NCBI GenBank assembly: GCA_963980225.1 | Contig: CAXBYW010000004.1 | Span: 13,007 to 77,006 of the forward strand | DNA length: 64,000 nt | Source of the DNA: an uncultured bacterium | Lineage (GTDB): Bacteria; Patescibacteriota; Microgenomatia; UBA1400; MFAQ01 | Direction of reading: 5' to 3' | In this document: piece by piece, positions 17,651 to 26,989 of the stretch | How positions within the stretch are numbered: the first letter of the stretch is position 1 | How the letters are laid out: the number at the start of each line of letters is the position of its first letter | Notes under the pieces: model-generated | Told to the model about the DNA's origin: nothing | Databases searched by the model: none | What the model saw: only the letters and a program-made list of their open reading frames with translations | Position numbers and translations under genes: made by a program

Positions 17651-18907
17651 ATGAGTAACTTTCAGCGTGGTAATTCTCGTGGTTCACACGGGCAAAATAG
17701 AGGTAATAGATCAGGTGGTGGTGGTGGATATCAAAATAGAGGTAGAGGTGGATCCCAAAAAAGAGGTAGGGGTGGATATCAAAATAGAGGTAGATACCAA
17801 AATAAAGGTATTTTCTTAAATCCTTTGATGTTTGTTAAGAAGGCCGTGAACGTGATCGAGGTTGCGTATACACCAAAAAACAGTTTTTCGGATTTTCTTT
17901 TGGATGAAACTGTCAAAAAGAATGTTTTATCTCGTGGTTATGACGTACCAACTCCGGTTCAGGACGAATCTATACCAGCCATATTAGAAGGAAGGGATTT
18001 AGTTGGTATTGCCAATACAGGAACTGGTAAGACAGCTGCATTTCTATTGCCTTTGATTACTAAAGTAGCAAAGGACAGAAGTCAAAAGGTTTTGATTGTT
18101 ACACCTACGCGTGAGTTGGCTGCACAGATCCAAGATGAGTTTAAGAAATTCAGTGTGGGTATGAATATGTACTCTACGCTATGTATTGGTGGTGCTTCTA
18201 TAAATGTACAGTTTAGAGAGTTGTCACGCAGGCCTAATTTTGTAATTGGTACACCTGGAAGAATCAAAGATCTTGAGAACAGAAGAAGATTGGACTTAAG
18301 GCAGTATCAGAATGTTGTATTAGATGAAGTCGACAGAATGTTAGATATGGGATTTATTAATGATATTAGAGAGATTATTTCTCTATTACCTCATGAGCGT
18401 CAGTCATTGTTTTTTTCCGCCACTTTACCGGAAAAAATCAAAGCTGTGATGCAGACATTTTTGGTTAACCCAGTAATGGTGCAGGTAAAAAATGGAAACA
18501 CTGCTAGCAATGTTGATCAGGATATTATTAGAACCAAAGGTAGAGACAAGGTAGAGATTCTTCATCAGCTTTTGATAAAACAAGAGTTTAAGAAGGTTTT
18601 GGTATTTGGTAGAACCAAATGGGGAGTAAACAAACTAGAGATAAACTTGACTGGTAGAGGTTTTAAGGCAACATCAATTCATGGTAATAAGAGTCAGGGG
18701 CAGAGATCACGAGCTTTGAGAATGTTAAAAAATAGTGAGGTTCAGGTTTTGTTAGCTACTGATGTAGCTTCCAGGGGTATTGATGTTGAAGACATAACTC
18801 ATGTGATTAACTATGACGTGCCAGAGACGTATGATGACTATGTTCATAGAATAGGTAGAACGGGTAGAGCTGGGAAAAAGGGTGTGGCTTTAACTTTTAT
18901 TGACTAA
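17651..18907 (+). CDS. DEAD-box ATP-dependent RNA helicase with N-terminal RGG/GYQNRGRGG-rich extension
   Basis: Q-motif, ANTGTGKT (motif I), PTRELA, TPGR, DEVD (motif II variant), SAT, HRIGRTGR. Start placed at the internal Met (MSNFQRG) rather than the upstream extension. Confidence 0.85.
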   Translation: MSNFQRGNSRGSHGQNRGNRSGGGGGYQNRGRGGSQKRGRGGYQNRGRYQNKGIFLNPLMFVKKAVNVIEVAYTPKNSFSDFLLDETVKKNVLSRGYDVPTPVQDESIPAILEGRDLVGIANTGTGKTAAFLLPLITKVAKDRSQKVLIVTPTRELAAQIQDEFKKFSVGMNMYSTLCIGGASINVQFRELSRRPNFVIGTPGRIKDLENRRRLDLRQYQNVVLDEVDRMLDMGFINDIREIISLLPHERQSLFFSATLPEKIKAVMQTFLVNPVMVQVKNGNTASNVDQDIIRTKGRDKVEILHQLLIKQEFKKVLVFGRTKWGVNKLEINLTGRGFKATSIHGNKSQGQRSRALRMLKNSEVQVLLATDVASRGIDVEDITHVINYDVPETYDDYVHRIGRTGRAGKKGVALTFID

Positions 18908-18974
18908 TCTAACTAGAGGTTTGGTTGGGGGAGATTGGTAGTTTTGATAAACATAGGGTTACAATGTTCTTAAG

Positions 18975-19181
18975 ATGACAAACAGAGTATCTAATCATCT
19001 TCAGGTGTTGCGCCGGAAGAAACAGCTTACACAAGAAGAGTTGGCGAAGAAGGTGGGGGTGACCCGTCAGACTATTATTGCTATGGAGAAAGGTAGTTAC
19101 ACACCGTCGGTACTTTTAGCATTAAAAATCTCCCGGTTTTTTAAGAAGCCGGTAGAGAGTATATTTATACTACAACCATGA
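18975..19181 (+). CDS. XRE-family helix-turn-helix transcriptional regulator
   Basis: 68 aa. LTQEELAKKVGVTRQTIIAMEKG is a canonical Cro/C1 HTH. Confidence 0.75.
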   Translation: MTNRVSNHLQVLRRKKQLTQEELAKKVGVTRQTIIAMEKGSYTPSVLLALKISRFFKKPVESIFILQP

Positions 19182-19354
19182 ATACTATTTTTGAACTTAT
19201 CTTGGGGGGTGTTATTTTGATCATTTTGGCAGTTTTTCTTAATCCGACTCATTTATTAATGCCTGATTCTATCAATACAATGTTGATGCTGGGGCTTTTA
19301 GTGGCGTTTTTAGTTTTTGTGGGAATGGTGTGGAGAGAAAGAGGTCAGCTCTGA
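19178..19354 (+). CDS. small hydrophobic ORF (58 aa) translationally coupled to the XRE regulator
   Basis: Its ATG overlaps the XRE TGA (ATGA). Encodes two TM helices (MNTIFELILGGVILIILAVFLNPTHLL...). Not in the ORF track because it is under 60 aa. Confidence 0.4.
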   Translation: MNTIFELILGGVILIILAVFLNPTHLLMPDSINTMLMLGLLVAFLVFVGMVWRERGQL

Positions 19355-19961
19355 TTTCAAGATAATTGATTTGATGGTATTTAAAAAGTACTTGCAAGAC
19401 AAGAAGATAAGGCGATTGTTGTTGGGGTTTTTGGCTTATCTCTTAACTCATGTGGTTTGGACGAGTAATTTAGCTTTGTACACTGACAGAAGATGGGGAT
19501 TTGATGCGCAGGATATTGGTTGGATGTTGGCTTATGTAGGGTTAGTGACTATCCTGTTCAGAGGCATGCTTATTTCTAAGATGATTGATAAGTGGGGAGA
19601 GGGTAAGTTACGATCTTGGGGAGTTATGGCAACAATTTTAGGGTTGGTAGGATTCTTAGGGAATGGAAGTATCTGGTCTTTGGGGATTACCTTATCTTTG
19701 TTTGCCTTTGGTAGTGGAGTGATTAGGCCATTAATGATGGGAAGTATTTCTAGGGGAGTGAGTGGGAAGGAGCAAGGAGCAATAATTGGACTGACTAATT
19801 CTTTAGGCAGTTTGGCTCAGATAGTGGGGCCATTGATTGGTGGTTATTTACTTACTTATCTGTTCCCACAAAGTGTGATTTTGATGTCTTTGGTGATTAT
19901 GGGGGTAGGTGGTTTCTTCATTCTTTCCAAGCGAGTTAATGGTAAAATGGGCAGTATATGA
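19317..19961 (+). CDS. MFS transporter C-terminal half (truncated; possible gene remnant)
   Basis: About 6 TM helices with MFS-like loop motifs (GWMLAYVGLVTILFRGMLISKMIDKWGE..; SLFAFGSGVIRPL). The N-terminal six-helix half that a full MFS needs is missing. Confidence 0.5.
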   Translation: MWEWCGEKEVSSDFKIIDLMVFKKYLQDKKIRRLLLGFLAYLLTHVVWTSNLALYTDRRWGFDAQDIGWMLAYVGLVTILFRGMLISKMIDKWGEGKLRSWGVMATILGLVGFLGNGSIWSLGITLSLFAFGSGVIRPLMMGSISRGVSGKEQGAIIGLTNSLGSLAQIVGPLIGGYLLTYLFPQSVILMSLVIMGVGGFFILSKRVNGKMGSI

Positions 19962-20206
19962 AGACTAAAAAAAGAATATTCTTACCAAAATGGCAACGCT
20001 GGTTTATGGTGCCTCTTTTTGTGAGTATGTGGTTGTTTATTACCTATATGGAGTTTTTTAATCCAGACAACAGTGAAAACCTAGGTATAGTAGGATACGT
20101 TTTTATGAGTTTACTTTTCTTGGGGGTAGGTGTAATGATGTATCTGATGACCAGTGGGAAGCTGCCTGCTTATATTATCGAGGAGACGAAGGAGAAGGAA
20201 AAGTAG
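19958..20206 (+). CDS. small hypothetical membrane protein
   Basis: 82 aa, two TM helices. Start overlaps the upstream stop. Confidence 0.4.
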   Translation: MKTKKRIFLPKWQRWFMVPLFVSMWLFITYMEFFNPDNSENLGIVGYVFMSLLFLGVGVMMYLMTSGKLPAYIIEETKEKEK

Positions 20207-20221
20207 TTTTTTAAAAGAAGT

Positions 20222-20686
20222 TTATTTTTTGAAGTAAGATTTTATCTGGAAGAGGAAGTACCAGGAAATGGCTGAGCCTACTACTAGTGACCCCAGATTG
20301 AAGGTTAGTAAGTTTTGTACAAAAGCAACAAGCGAAGAATAGAAGAGGAACTTCCAGCCTTGTTTTGTGCGTTTGAACAATCCAGGGAGAGCAACAGCGT
20401 TTAATATTATGATGGCGTAAGTGAAGATGAAGTTGAGGCTAAAGTTATAGCCGGATCTGATCCCCCCTAAGTAGCTAAAAGGCATGCTTATGGCGCCTAG
20501 ACCAAAGATGGCTAGGATTGCTGGAAGAGAGAAGACAAGAGAGACAAGGATTAACCAAGGGCCGTAATTAACGATGGCTTCTTTTAAGTTTTTAGGTAAT
20601 GCTGGAGCCTTTTTAACAAATATGTCTTCTAAGATGGATTCTAGGTTGGACATGTTTATTTTTTGTGTTTTAGTTTTTGCGGCCAT
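20222..20686 (-). CDS. hypothetical membrane protein
   Basis: 154 aa, 4 predicted TM helices. No diagnostic motif. Confidence 0.4.
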   Translation of the reverse strand: MAAKTKTQKINMSNLESILEDIFVKKAPALPKNLKEAIVNYGPWLILVSLVFSLPAILAIFGLGAISMPFSYLGGIRSGYNFSLNFIFTYAIIILNAVALPGLFKRTKQGWKFLFYSSLVAFVQNLLTFNLGSLVVGSAISWYFLFQIKSYFKK

Positions 20687-20712
20687 AATAATTTTTTAAA
20701 TGATTAATAACT

Positions 20713-21132
20713 TTATTGTAGCAAAGTAGTCGATGGTTGTTTTTTTGAAGGAATAAAAACAAGGAAGGTACCAAGGGTAATGTAGACATCGGCGAGATTG
20801 AAAACAGAGAAAGGAAAGAAAGGAAGGAATAGCCAGTCTATGACGTAGCCTGAGATAGATCTGTCTAGAAAGTTACTTAAGCCGCCGGTGAAAATTAAAG
20901 ATAAAGCTAGGGTGAGACGCTTGTCTGTCTTTTTGGTGGTTTTTACAAGCCAGAGGAAAAGAGTAGTGAGTAGAATTAGGGAGAGGATGATTAATAGGGT
21001 GGGTTGGATGTTGAACAAGAACAGGCTGGTGTTTTTTTGATGGGGGAGATTTTGGGTAAAGATAATTTTTTTTGAAAGTTGATCAAGGAGAAGAAGAGAA
21101 AGACTGGTTAAGATAAGATTTTTTTTGGTCAT
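20713..21132 (-). CDS. lspA: lipoprotein signal peptidase (signal peptidase II)
   Basis: 139 aa with LspA motifs GGLSNFLDR and FNLADVYITLG, in a four-helix membrane protein. Confidence 0.75.
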   Translation of the reverse strand: MTKKNLILTSLSLLLLDQLSKKIIFTQNLPHQKNTSLFLFNIQPTLLIILSLILLTTLFLWLVKTTKKTDKRLTLALSLIFTGGLSNFLDRSISGYVIDWLFLPFFPFSVFNLADVYITLGTFLVFIPSKKQPSTTLLQ

Positions 21133-21202
21133 GGTGTGTACATATTACCATTTGAAAGAAAATTGATGTTTGGAGAGTATTAAGGGTAGTTAATAAAATA
21201 GT

Positions 21203-21574
21203 TTGAGCGGAGGTGAGAATAAGATGAAAAAAACAACAATAATATTAGGAGCAGTTGCTTTGGTTCTGGGAGGCTTGTTTAGCTTAACAGGAACGGTTAG
21301 TGCAAATGGAGAGACTAGAGGAAAGGGTTCTGAATACTCTAGAGAACGTCATGAAGTTATGGTGCAGATCTTTGAAAATGAAGATTTTGATGCCTGGCAG
21401 GAGATGATGCAGGACAGGGACAGGTTTGTTGAGATGGTGAACGAGGATACCTTTTCGAAGTTAGTTGAGGTTCACAATTTGAAGACTGAAGGTAAAATTG
21501 ATGAGGCTAGACAGATGAGAGAAGAGTTGGGCCTTAAAGGAGGACGTGGTGCAAAGAGAGACTGCCAGAGGTAG
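21203..21574 (+). CDS. hypothetical secreted protein
   Basis: 123 aa with N-terminal signal peptide (KKTTIILGAVALVLGGLFSLTGTVSA) and an acidic/charged remainder. Confidence 0.45.
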   Translation: MSGGENKMKKTTIILGAVALVLGGLFSLTGTVSANGETRGKGSEYSRERHEVMVQIFENEDFDAWQEMMQDRDRFVEMVNEDTFSKLVEVHNLKTEGKIDEARQMREELGLKGGRGAKRDCQR

Positions 21575-21596
21575 TTTTTTGCAAAGAAAAGTTAAT

Positions 21597-21618
21597 TACC
21601 CCGTCGGGTGGCGGGGTA
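21597..21618 (+). terminator. GC-rich hairpin (TACCCCG/CGGGGTA), possible terminator or attenuator
   Basis: 7-bp perfect stem with 8-nt loop between two + strand genes. The trailing sequence is A-rich rather than U-rich, so terminator function is uncertain. Confidence 0.25.
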
Positions 21619-21631
21619 AAATTGTAATAAA

Positions 21632-22189
21632 ATGATAGAGATGAATGATTTATCAAAGTTGACTGACGAAAGGGTAGTTGAGGTGGTTAGAAAGGATAAT
21701 GATTCTTATAGTGAGATTATTAAACGATATCAAGAAAAATTATTAAGATACGCTACGTACTTGATTAAAGATGAAGAAAGGGCGGCTGATGTGGTTCAGA
21801 ATACTTTTATTAAGGTATATATAAATTTAAATGCTTTTCATACAAAGAAGAAGTTTTCTAGTTGGATATATAGAATTACTCACAATGAAGCAATGAATAT
21901 GGTTAAAAAATATAAAAAAGAGGTAATGATGAGTGAGGGTTTTGATGGGGATTCTGGGGTGGACATTGAAAAAGAGTATGGTGAAAAAGAGTTAGGACAG
22001 ATGATAAAAACCTGTCTTAATGAGGTACCCTTAAAATATAGGGAACCACTGAGCTTGCATTATTTAGAAGAAAAGTCGTATAAAGAGATAAGTGATATAT
22101 TACGTGTACCGATGGGGACGGTGGGAACTAGAATTAATAGAGGTAAGTTATTAATGAAAAAGATATGCCAAAAAAGAAAAATAAGGTAA
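21632..22189 (+). CDS. ECF-type RNA polymerase sigma factor (sigma-70 family)
   Basis: Region 2 (DVVQNTFIKVYINLNAFHTKKKFSSWIYRITHNEAMN) and region 4 HTH (YKEISDILRVPMGTVGTRINRGKLLMKK). Confidence 0.75.
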   Translation: MIEMNDLSKLTDERVVEVVRKDNDSYSEIIKRYQEKLLRYATYLIKDEERAADVVQNTFIKVYINLNAFHTKKKFSSWIYRITHNEAMNMVKKYKKEVMMSEGFDGDSGVDIEKEYGEKELGQMIKTCLNEVPLKYREPLSLHYLEEKSYKEISDILRVPMGTVGTRINRGKLLMKKICQKRKIR

Positions 22190-22644
22190 GACTAGAAGAA
22201 AAAATTATGCGTCAGATTAAGTCTGAGGCAATAAAGATGAAGCCTAAGTGGTATTTTGTGGCAGGCTCAAGCCTGTTGTTTGCTAGTTTGGTGATGTTGG
22301 GTATGGGAGTGATGTTTTTGGTTAACTTGATGTTTTTCTCTTTAAGGGTGCAGGGTCCAATGGTGGGTTGGAGGCTGACGATGATGTTAAGTCATTTCCC
22401 ATGGTGGGGATTGGCCTTGTCTATTTTGGGAGTAGTGGTGGGGATTAAGCTACTGAAAAGATATGATTTTTCATACAAGAAAAACTTTAACTTGATAGTG
22501 GTGATTTTTGTACTAACGATGTTGGTGGCTGGTCTATTGTTTGACAGGATGGGTTTGAACGAGAGAATAATGAAAAGAAGACCAAGACTTAAGTTTTACC
22601 AAGTAATTGAGCGAACTGTGGGGAATGGTAGAATATATCGATGA
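22165..22644 (+). CDS. putative membrane anti-sigma factor
   Basis: Overlaps the 3' end of the ECF sigma gene. Short cytoplasmic N-terminus followed by TM helices. Role assigned by position only. Confidence 0.35.
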   Translation: MPKKKNKVRLEEKIMRQIKSEAIKMKPKWYFVAGSSLLFASLVMLGMGVMFLVNLMFFSLRVQGPMVGWRLTMMLSHFPWWGLALSILGVVVGIKLLKRYDFSYKKNFNLIVVIFVLTMLVAGLLFDRMGLNERIMKRRPRLKFYQVIERTVGNGRIYR

Positions 22645-23387
22645 GTGACTTGGTAAATATAGTACTTCTTTCTTTGTTGGGTGGGGCAATTGCTTTGCTG
22701 GGTGGTTTGATATTCTTGTTTGTTAAAAAATGGTCTGATACTTTAACTAAGTACTCGGTGCCCTTTGCTGCTGGGGTTTTGGTAACGGTAGCTTTGATTG
22801 GTCTGCTCCCGGAAGTGGTTCATCAAGTTGGAGAAAAAGGATTCTTGGTTGTTTTGATTACTTTCTTTGGAGCATATTTATTTGAACAGTTTGCTTGTGA
22901 TCTACATCACCATGACCATAATCATGATGGAGACCCAAGTTGTACGACTTCCATACCTTTGATAATAATGGGGGATACTCTTCACAACTTTATAGATGGA
23001 GTGGCTATCGCAGCGGCCTACTTACTTAACCCTGGTTTGGGATTGGTGACAGCCCTTTCCACATTACTGCATGAAATACCTCACGAGATAGGGGATTTTG
23101 GGATCTTGCTAAAGGCGGGTTGGAAAAAAAGAAAGATCTTGACGGTTAACTTAATATCGTCTTTGTTTACTGTTGCAGGTGCCTTAATGGTGTATTTTAT
23201 GAATTTTTCTGGGGCGATGATTGGAAACTTATTGGCGGTAGCAGCAGGGATGTTTTTATATCTTGGGGCCAGTGACTTTTTACCACATGCTAATGAAGGA
23301 GCTTCTAAAAGTAAGTCAGTTTTAGTGCTGATTCTTGGAGCGTTGGTTATGTATGGGGCGCTAAGTATCGTGCCTCACTCCCACTAA
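22641..23387 (+). CDS. zupT: ZIP-family zinc/iron transporter
   Basis: 248 aa. ZIP signature LLHEIPHEIGDFGILL and a histidine-rich loop HHHDHNHDGD. Confidence 0.8.
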   Translation: MSDLVNIVLLSLLGGAIALLGGLIFLFVKKWSDTLTKYSVPFAAGVLVTVALIGLLPEVVHQVGEKGFLVVLITFFGAYLFEQFACDLHHHDHNHDGDPSCTTSIPLIIMGDTLHNFIDGVAIAAAYLLNPGLGLVTALSTLLHEIPHEIGDFGILLKAGWKKRKILTVNLISSLFTVAGALMVYFMNFSGAMIGNLLAVAAGMFLYLGASDFLPHANEGASKSKSVLVLILGALVMYGALSIVPHSH

Positions 23388-23389
23388 GA

Positions 23390-24079
23390 TTACCAGTTTA
23401 TTGTGTCTTGGTTGTTTTGTTTTAAGTACGTGTTGGCCTTAGAGAAATGTTTAGATCCAAAGAAACCAGAGTAGGCGGAAAAAGGAGAAGGGTGCGACGC
23501 TTCTAGGATCAGGTGTTTTTGTTGGTCGATGTTTACCCCTTTTTTCTTGGCGTAGTTGCCCCAGAGCATGAAGACGACGTTTGCTTTTTTATCTGAGATA
23601 GTTTTTATAACGGCGTCGGTAAATTCTTCCCAACCTTGGTTTTGGTGGGAACCAGCTTGGTGGGCTCTGACAGTAAGAGTGGCGTTTAAGAGTAGAACTC
23701 CTTGTTTGGTCCAGTGAGTTAGGTTGCCGGAGTTGTCGATCACCTGACCGATGTCCTTTTTGATTTCTTTGTAGATGTTTTGTAAGGATGGAGGAGGCGG
23801 TGTGGGGGGGAGGACGGAAAAACAAAGACCGTGGGCTTGGTTGGGGCCGTGGTAAGGATCTTGACCTAAGATGACTACCTTGACCTTGTTAAATGGAGTG
23901 GAGTCGAAGGCGTTGAAGATGAGTTTCGCGGGCGGGTAGATTGTTTTAGAGTTGTATTCTTTTTTAACAAAGTTGGTTAGACCCTCAAAGTATGGCTGGT
24001 TAAATTCTGGTTTTAAGACTTTTTTCCAGGAGGCTTCAATCTTTACGCTCATGTGTACTGTAGGATGGTTTGGAAGCAA
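23390..24079 (-). CDS. ung: uracil-DNA glycosylase (family 1)
   Basis: GQDPYHGPNQAHGLCFSV (water-activating loop), LLLNATLTV and HPSPFSA (His-Pro-Ser-Pro-Leu-loop variant). Confidence 0.85.
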   Translation of the reverse strand: MLPNHPTVHMSVKIEASWKKVLKPEFNQPYFEGLTNFVKKEYNSKTIYPPAKLIFNAFDSTPFNKVKVVILGQDPYHGPNQAHGLCFSVLPPTPPPPSLQNIYKEIKKDIGQVIDNSGNLTHWTKQGVLLLNATLTVRAHQAGSHQNQGWEEFTDAVIKTISDKKANVVFMLWGNYAKKKGVNIDQQKHLILEASHPSPFSAYSGFFGSKHFSKANTYLKQNNQDTINW

Positions 24080-25419
24080 AAGTATCCAAGGAAGAAGAAG
24101 GCGGAGATAAGAATGAGGTTTCTTGCTAAGTTGGGTCGGAGGGGCTTAGGGAGTTTGAAGTTGTTTAAGTAAAGTAGGATGCCGGTATATATGAACATGG
24201 CAAAGGCATTTAAGACTGCGCCTAAGATGATTAGTTGTTGAGGTTGATTGAAGCTTGAGGAGAAAACGGCGATGCCGAAGAATATCTGTAACCAGAGAGC
24301 TAAAAAATAGGTTTTACTTATGTTGCCTGGTTTTTTCTTTAGTAAGTGGGTGTTTTCGGAGATTATTCTGCTGGTGGAGTCTAGTATGCCTAGTTGGGTA
24401 GATAGGAGCATTAGTCCGGTTATGCTTAAAAATGCAGCCCCAATTAAAGGAAATGTTCTTTGAGTTATGGCAGAGGCCTGGTTAAATAAGAAGTTTAACC
24501 CCTCTTGGTTGTTGGTGCTTTCACCAGCGGTGATGTAGGCTAGCAAGCCAAGGGTAAGCATGGTTAGGAAGCCTAAGAGCCAGAAGACAATAAAGTGTTC
24601 TTTGTTTATTACTTTCCACCATTTTTTAAAGTTTTGAAGGTTTTTGTCGGTTAAAGGAAAGGTATTGCCGGTAAGAGAGATGTTTTTGGTTGACCTTATA
24701 TTGGTTATTTTGTCGGCAAACAGGCCCATACCGTAACCTTTGTCTCTTATATAGAAGGATTGAGCTAAATTCAGGTTTCCACCAGCGCCAGAGTAGGCTA
24801 GAGCGCCCAAGAAGGTACCCAGAGATATACCAGCAGGGAGGAATAGATAACCATTACCTTGGCCGACTAGGCCTTGGGTTAAGGCGATTAAATCTTGGGA
24901 TCCAGCTAGGTAGAGAGTGAGGATGATGATGAAAGGAACTCCAATGAAAATTAAGATTTTTTGTAAGGATTCTGTGGTTTTGTAGATGCTCCTTCCAAAA
25001 GAGAGAATGAGCCCGATGAGGATGAAAACAATGGTGGCTATTAGTTGGGGGTTATTTATGTTGAATATGTGGGAGATAACCGTGGCTCCGGCTAGTCCGA
25101 TGCCAGGCCATCCAAAACTTATGAAGGTAGAGAAGATAAACCAGGCGGGTAGCCAACGTAGAAGTTTTTTAAAACCGACGAAGACGCTTTCTCCATATAT
25201 TAAGGCGTAACGCTCTATCTCCATATTAATGAAGAACTGGATGGTGATACCTAGGAGCATGCCCCAGACCAACCCTAGTCCGTGAGTAGAAGTAAGAAGA
25301 GGCCAGAGAATGATCTCGCCACTACCTAGACCTAATCCCAAGAGAATGAAACTAGGACCGATGATTTTTTTTAGAGAGGGAGGAGAAGGTAAGTCCTTTA
25401 ATTTTGTCTCTTTAATCAT
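24049..25419 (-). CDS. Nramp-related divalent-cation transporter-like membrane protein
   Basis: 456 aa, about 11 TM helices. The N-terminus (IGPSFILLGLGLGSGEIILWP...LGLVWGMLL...) parallels Nramp TM1-2, but with GSGE in place of DPGN. Confidence 0.5.
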   Translation of the reverse strand: MIKETKLKDLPSPPSLKKIIGPSFILLGLGLGSGEIILWPLLTSTHGLGLVWGMLLGITIQFFINMEIERYALIYGESVFVGFKKLLRWLPAWFIFSTFISFGWPGIGLAGATVISHIFNINNPQLIATIVFILIGLILSFGRSIYKTTESLQKILIFIGVPFIIILTLYLAGSQDLIALTQGLVGQGNGYLFLPAGISLGTFLGALAYSGAGGNLNLAQSFYIRDKGYGMGLFADKITNIRSTKNISLTGNTFPLTDKNLQNFKKWWKVINKEHFIVFWLLGFLTMLTLGLLAYITAGESTNNQEGLNFLFNQASAITQRTFPLIGAAFLSITGLMLLSTQLGILDSTSRIISENTHLLKKKPGNISKTYFLALWLQIFFGIAVFSSSFNQPQQLIILGAVLNAFAMFIYTGILLYLNNFKLPKPLRPNLARNLILISAFFFLGYFCFQTILQYT

Positions 25420-25434
25420 AGCTTTGAGTATATA

Positions 25435-26139
25435 ATGAAAGTTATGAATAAGGATGATTACATCAAATTAACGGTGGGAGCGCTGAAATCTTTGATAAAA
25501 CCTGGTGGAACTAAAAAGAAATTACCCAAGATCGAAAGTGAGAAGTATCCAGAAATATATGTATTTAGACATGGGGAGACTTTTGATAATCGAAATCTAG
25601 TTTTTTGTGGTTGGAGAGACTCGAAAATAACTAATGTGGGCAAGAAACAAGCCGGTATGTTGACCGAAAAGCTGAAAAATAAAAAGATTGATGTATGTAT
25701 TACTTCACACTTAAGTAGGTCCATCGATACTGCCAAGATTGCCCTCAAAGGAAAGAAGGTTAAATTTGAGGTGGATGATAGGATAATCGAGAGAAATTAT
25801 GGGAAGTTGTCAGGTACCAGTAAGGCAAAGATTTTAGAAACTGATCCGGTCAAGGCGGTGAAGTATCGTCGGTTTTATGATTTTGCACCTCCTAAAGGAG
25901 AGAGTATGAAGGTAGTGAGAAAACGAGTGTTTAAGTTTTGTCGACAGTTGCTAAAACGGATGAGGAAGACAGGGGAAAACGTAGCTATTTCTTGTCACGG
26001 GAATAGTATGAAGATGATAAGATTTTACTTTGAAAAGATGGACTTAGTAGATGTGCTGACGCAGGAGAATCCATTGGGTACGGACTATGCGGAGTATGTA
26101 GTAACGCCTAAGGGATTTAAGGTTTCTAAGACGATTTAA
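25435..26139 (+). CDS. histidine phosphatase family protein (phosphoglycerate-mutase-like)
   Basis: RHGETFDN catalytic motif, SHLSRSIDTA, and a later HGN motif. Confidence 0.7.
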   Translation: MKVMNKDDYIKLTVGALKSLIKPGGTKKKLPKIESEKYPEIYVFRHGETFDNRNLVFCGWRDSKITNVGKKQAGMLTEKLKNKKIDVCITSHLSRSIDTAKIALKGKKVKFEVDDRIIERNYGKLSGTSKAKILETDPVKAVKYRRFYDFAPPKGESMKVVRKRVFKFCRQLLKRMRKTGENVAISCHGNSMKMIRFYFEKMDLVDVLTQENPLGTDYAEYVVTPKGFKVSKTI

Positions 26140-26561
26140 GGGGTGGTGAAGGTAAGGTCGCTAGTGACGATTGGGTTTTGATTGACTGGTTTGAGAGTAA
26201 TATTGAAGAGGTAGTCGGTTTGTTTGATGAGGTTTTTTAAGGTGATTGCGTGAGAGGTTTGAGGATCATCTGAGATCGAGATAACTTCTTTTCCTGAAGG
26301 GGTGGTGAGACTTAGTTGGCTGGTGACTGGTATCTTAGTAGAAAAAGAAATTACTATTTGATTGGATGAGATAGGAGTAATTAAGGGGTTGGAGTAGATA
26401 GTGTTGGCTTGGGTGCGGGTTTCTTGGTTACTTTTTACTTGTTTTAGAGTTAAAGGAAGAACGGATACAGCGGTTAACAAGGTAAAACTCAAAAAAAGAG
26501 TGGAGAGAATGGCTTTGGTGGGTGAGTCCCAGTAGCGACGTTTTTCTATTGAATTGCTCAT
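26136..26561 (-). CDS. hypothetical protein with N-terminal TM anchor
   Basis: 141 aa, signal anchor and a Ser/Thr-rich body. No motif. Confidence 0.4.
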   Translation of the reverse strand: MSNSIEKRRYWDSPTKAILSTLFLSFTLLTAVSVLPLTLKQVKSNQETRTQANTIYSNPLITPISSNQIVISFSTKIPVTSQLSLTTPSGKEVISISDDPQTSHAITLKNLIKQTDYLFNITLKPVNQNPIVTSDLTFTTP

Positions 26562-26687
26562 AATAATATTGTATCAGTTCGAATAAGTATTGGTGTGTGA
26601 TGGTTGAAAAGATAATTTATCGTTTTCATTTTGGTATAATGTTTTATATTACATTTTAACCTGTTTGAAAGCGAGGTGAATTAAGAG

Positions 26688-26978
26688 ATGAATTCTAGTA
26701 ATGGAGATGTAGGAACACGTTTGTATGTGGGTAATTTGCCATATTCTATGCGCACACCTGATCTATTTAAACTTTTTTCTGAGTACGGTGAGATAGTGGA
26801 TTCTGTGGTAATGATGGAACCTGATAACAAAGAAAGAAGTAGGGGTTTTGGTTTTGTGACAATGAAAGATGCTTCGGCAGCCGAGAAGGCAGTGTTAGCA
26901 GTAAACGGAACGGAAATTTTAGGTAGAGAAATGACTTGCAATATTGCTAAACCACGAGAGCCCAGACTTGATTTTTAA
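26688..26978 (+). CDS. RRM-type RNA-binding protein
   Basis: RNP2 LYVGNL and RNP1 RGFGFVTM in a 96-aa protein. Confidence 0.8.
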   Translation: MNSSNGDVGTRLYVGNLPYSMRTPDLFKLFSEYGEIVDSVVMMEPDNKERSRGFGFVTMKDASAAEKAVLAVNGTEILGREMTCNIAKPREPRLDF

Positions 26979-26989
26979 GGTAGAATGGG

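Noticed and set aside
21597-21618. Strong GC hairpin as a classical intrinsic terminator
   Set aside because: Not followed by a U-rich tract on either strand. Kept only as a low-confidence feature.
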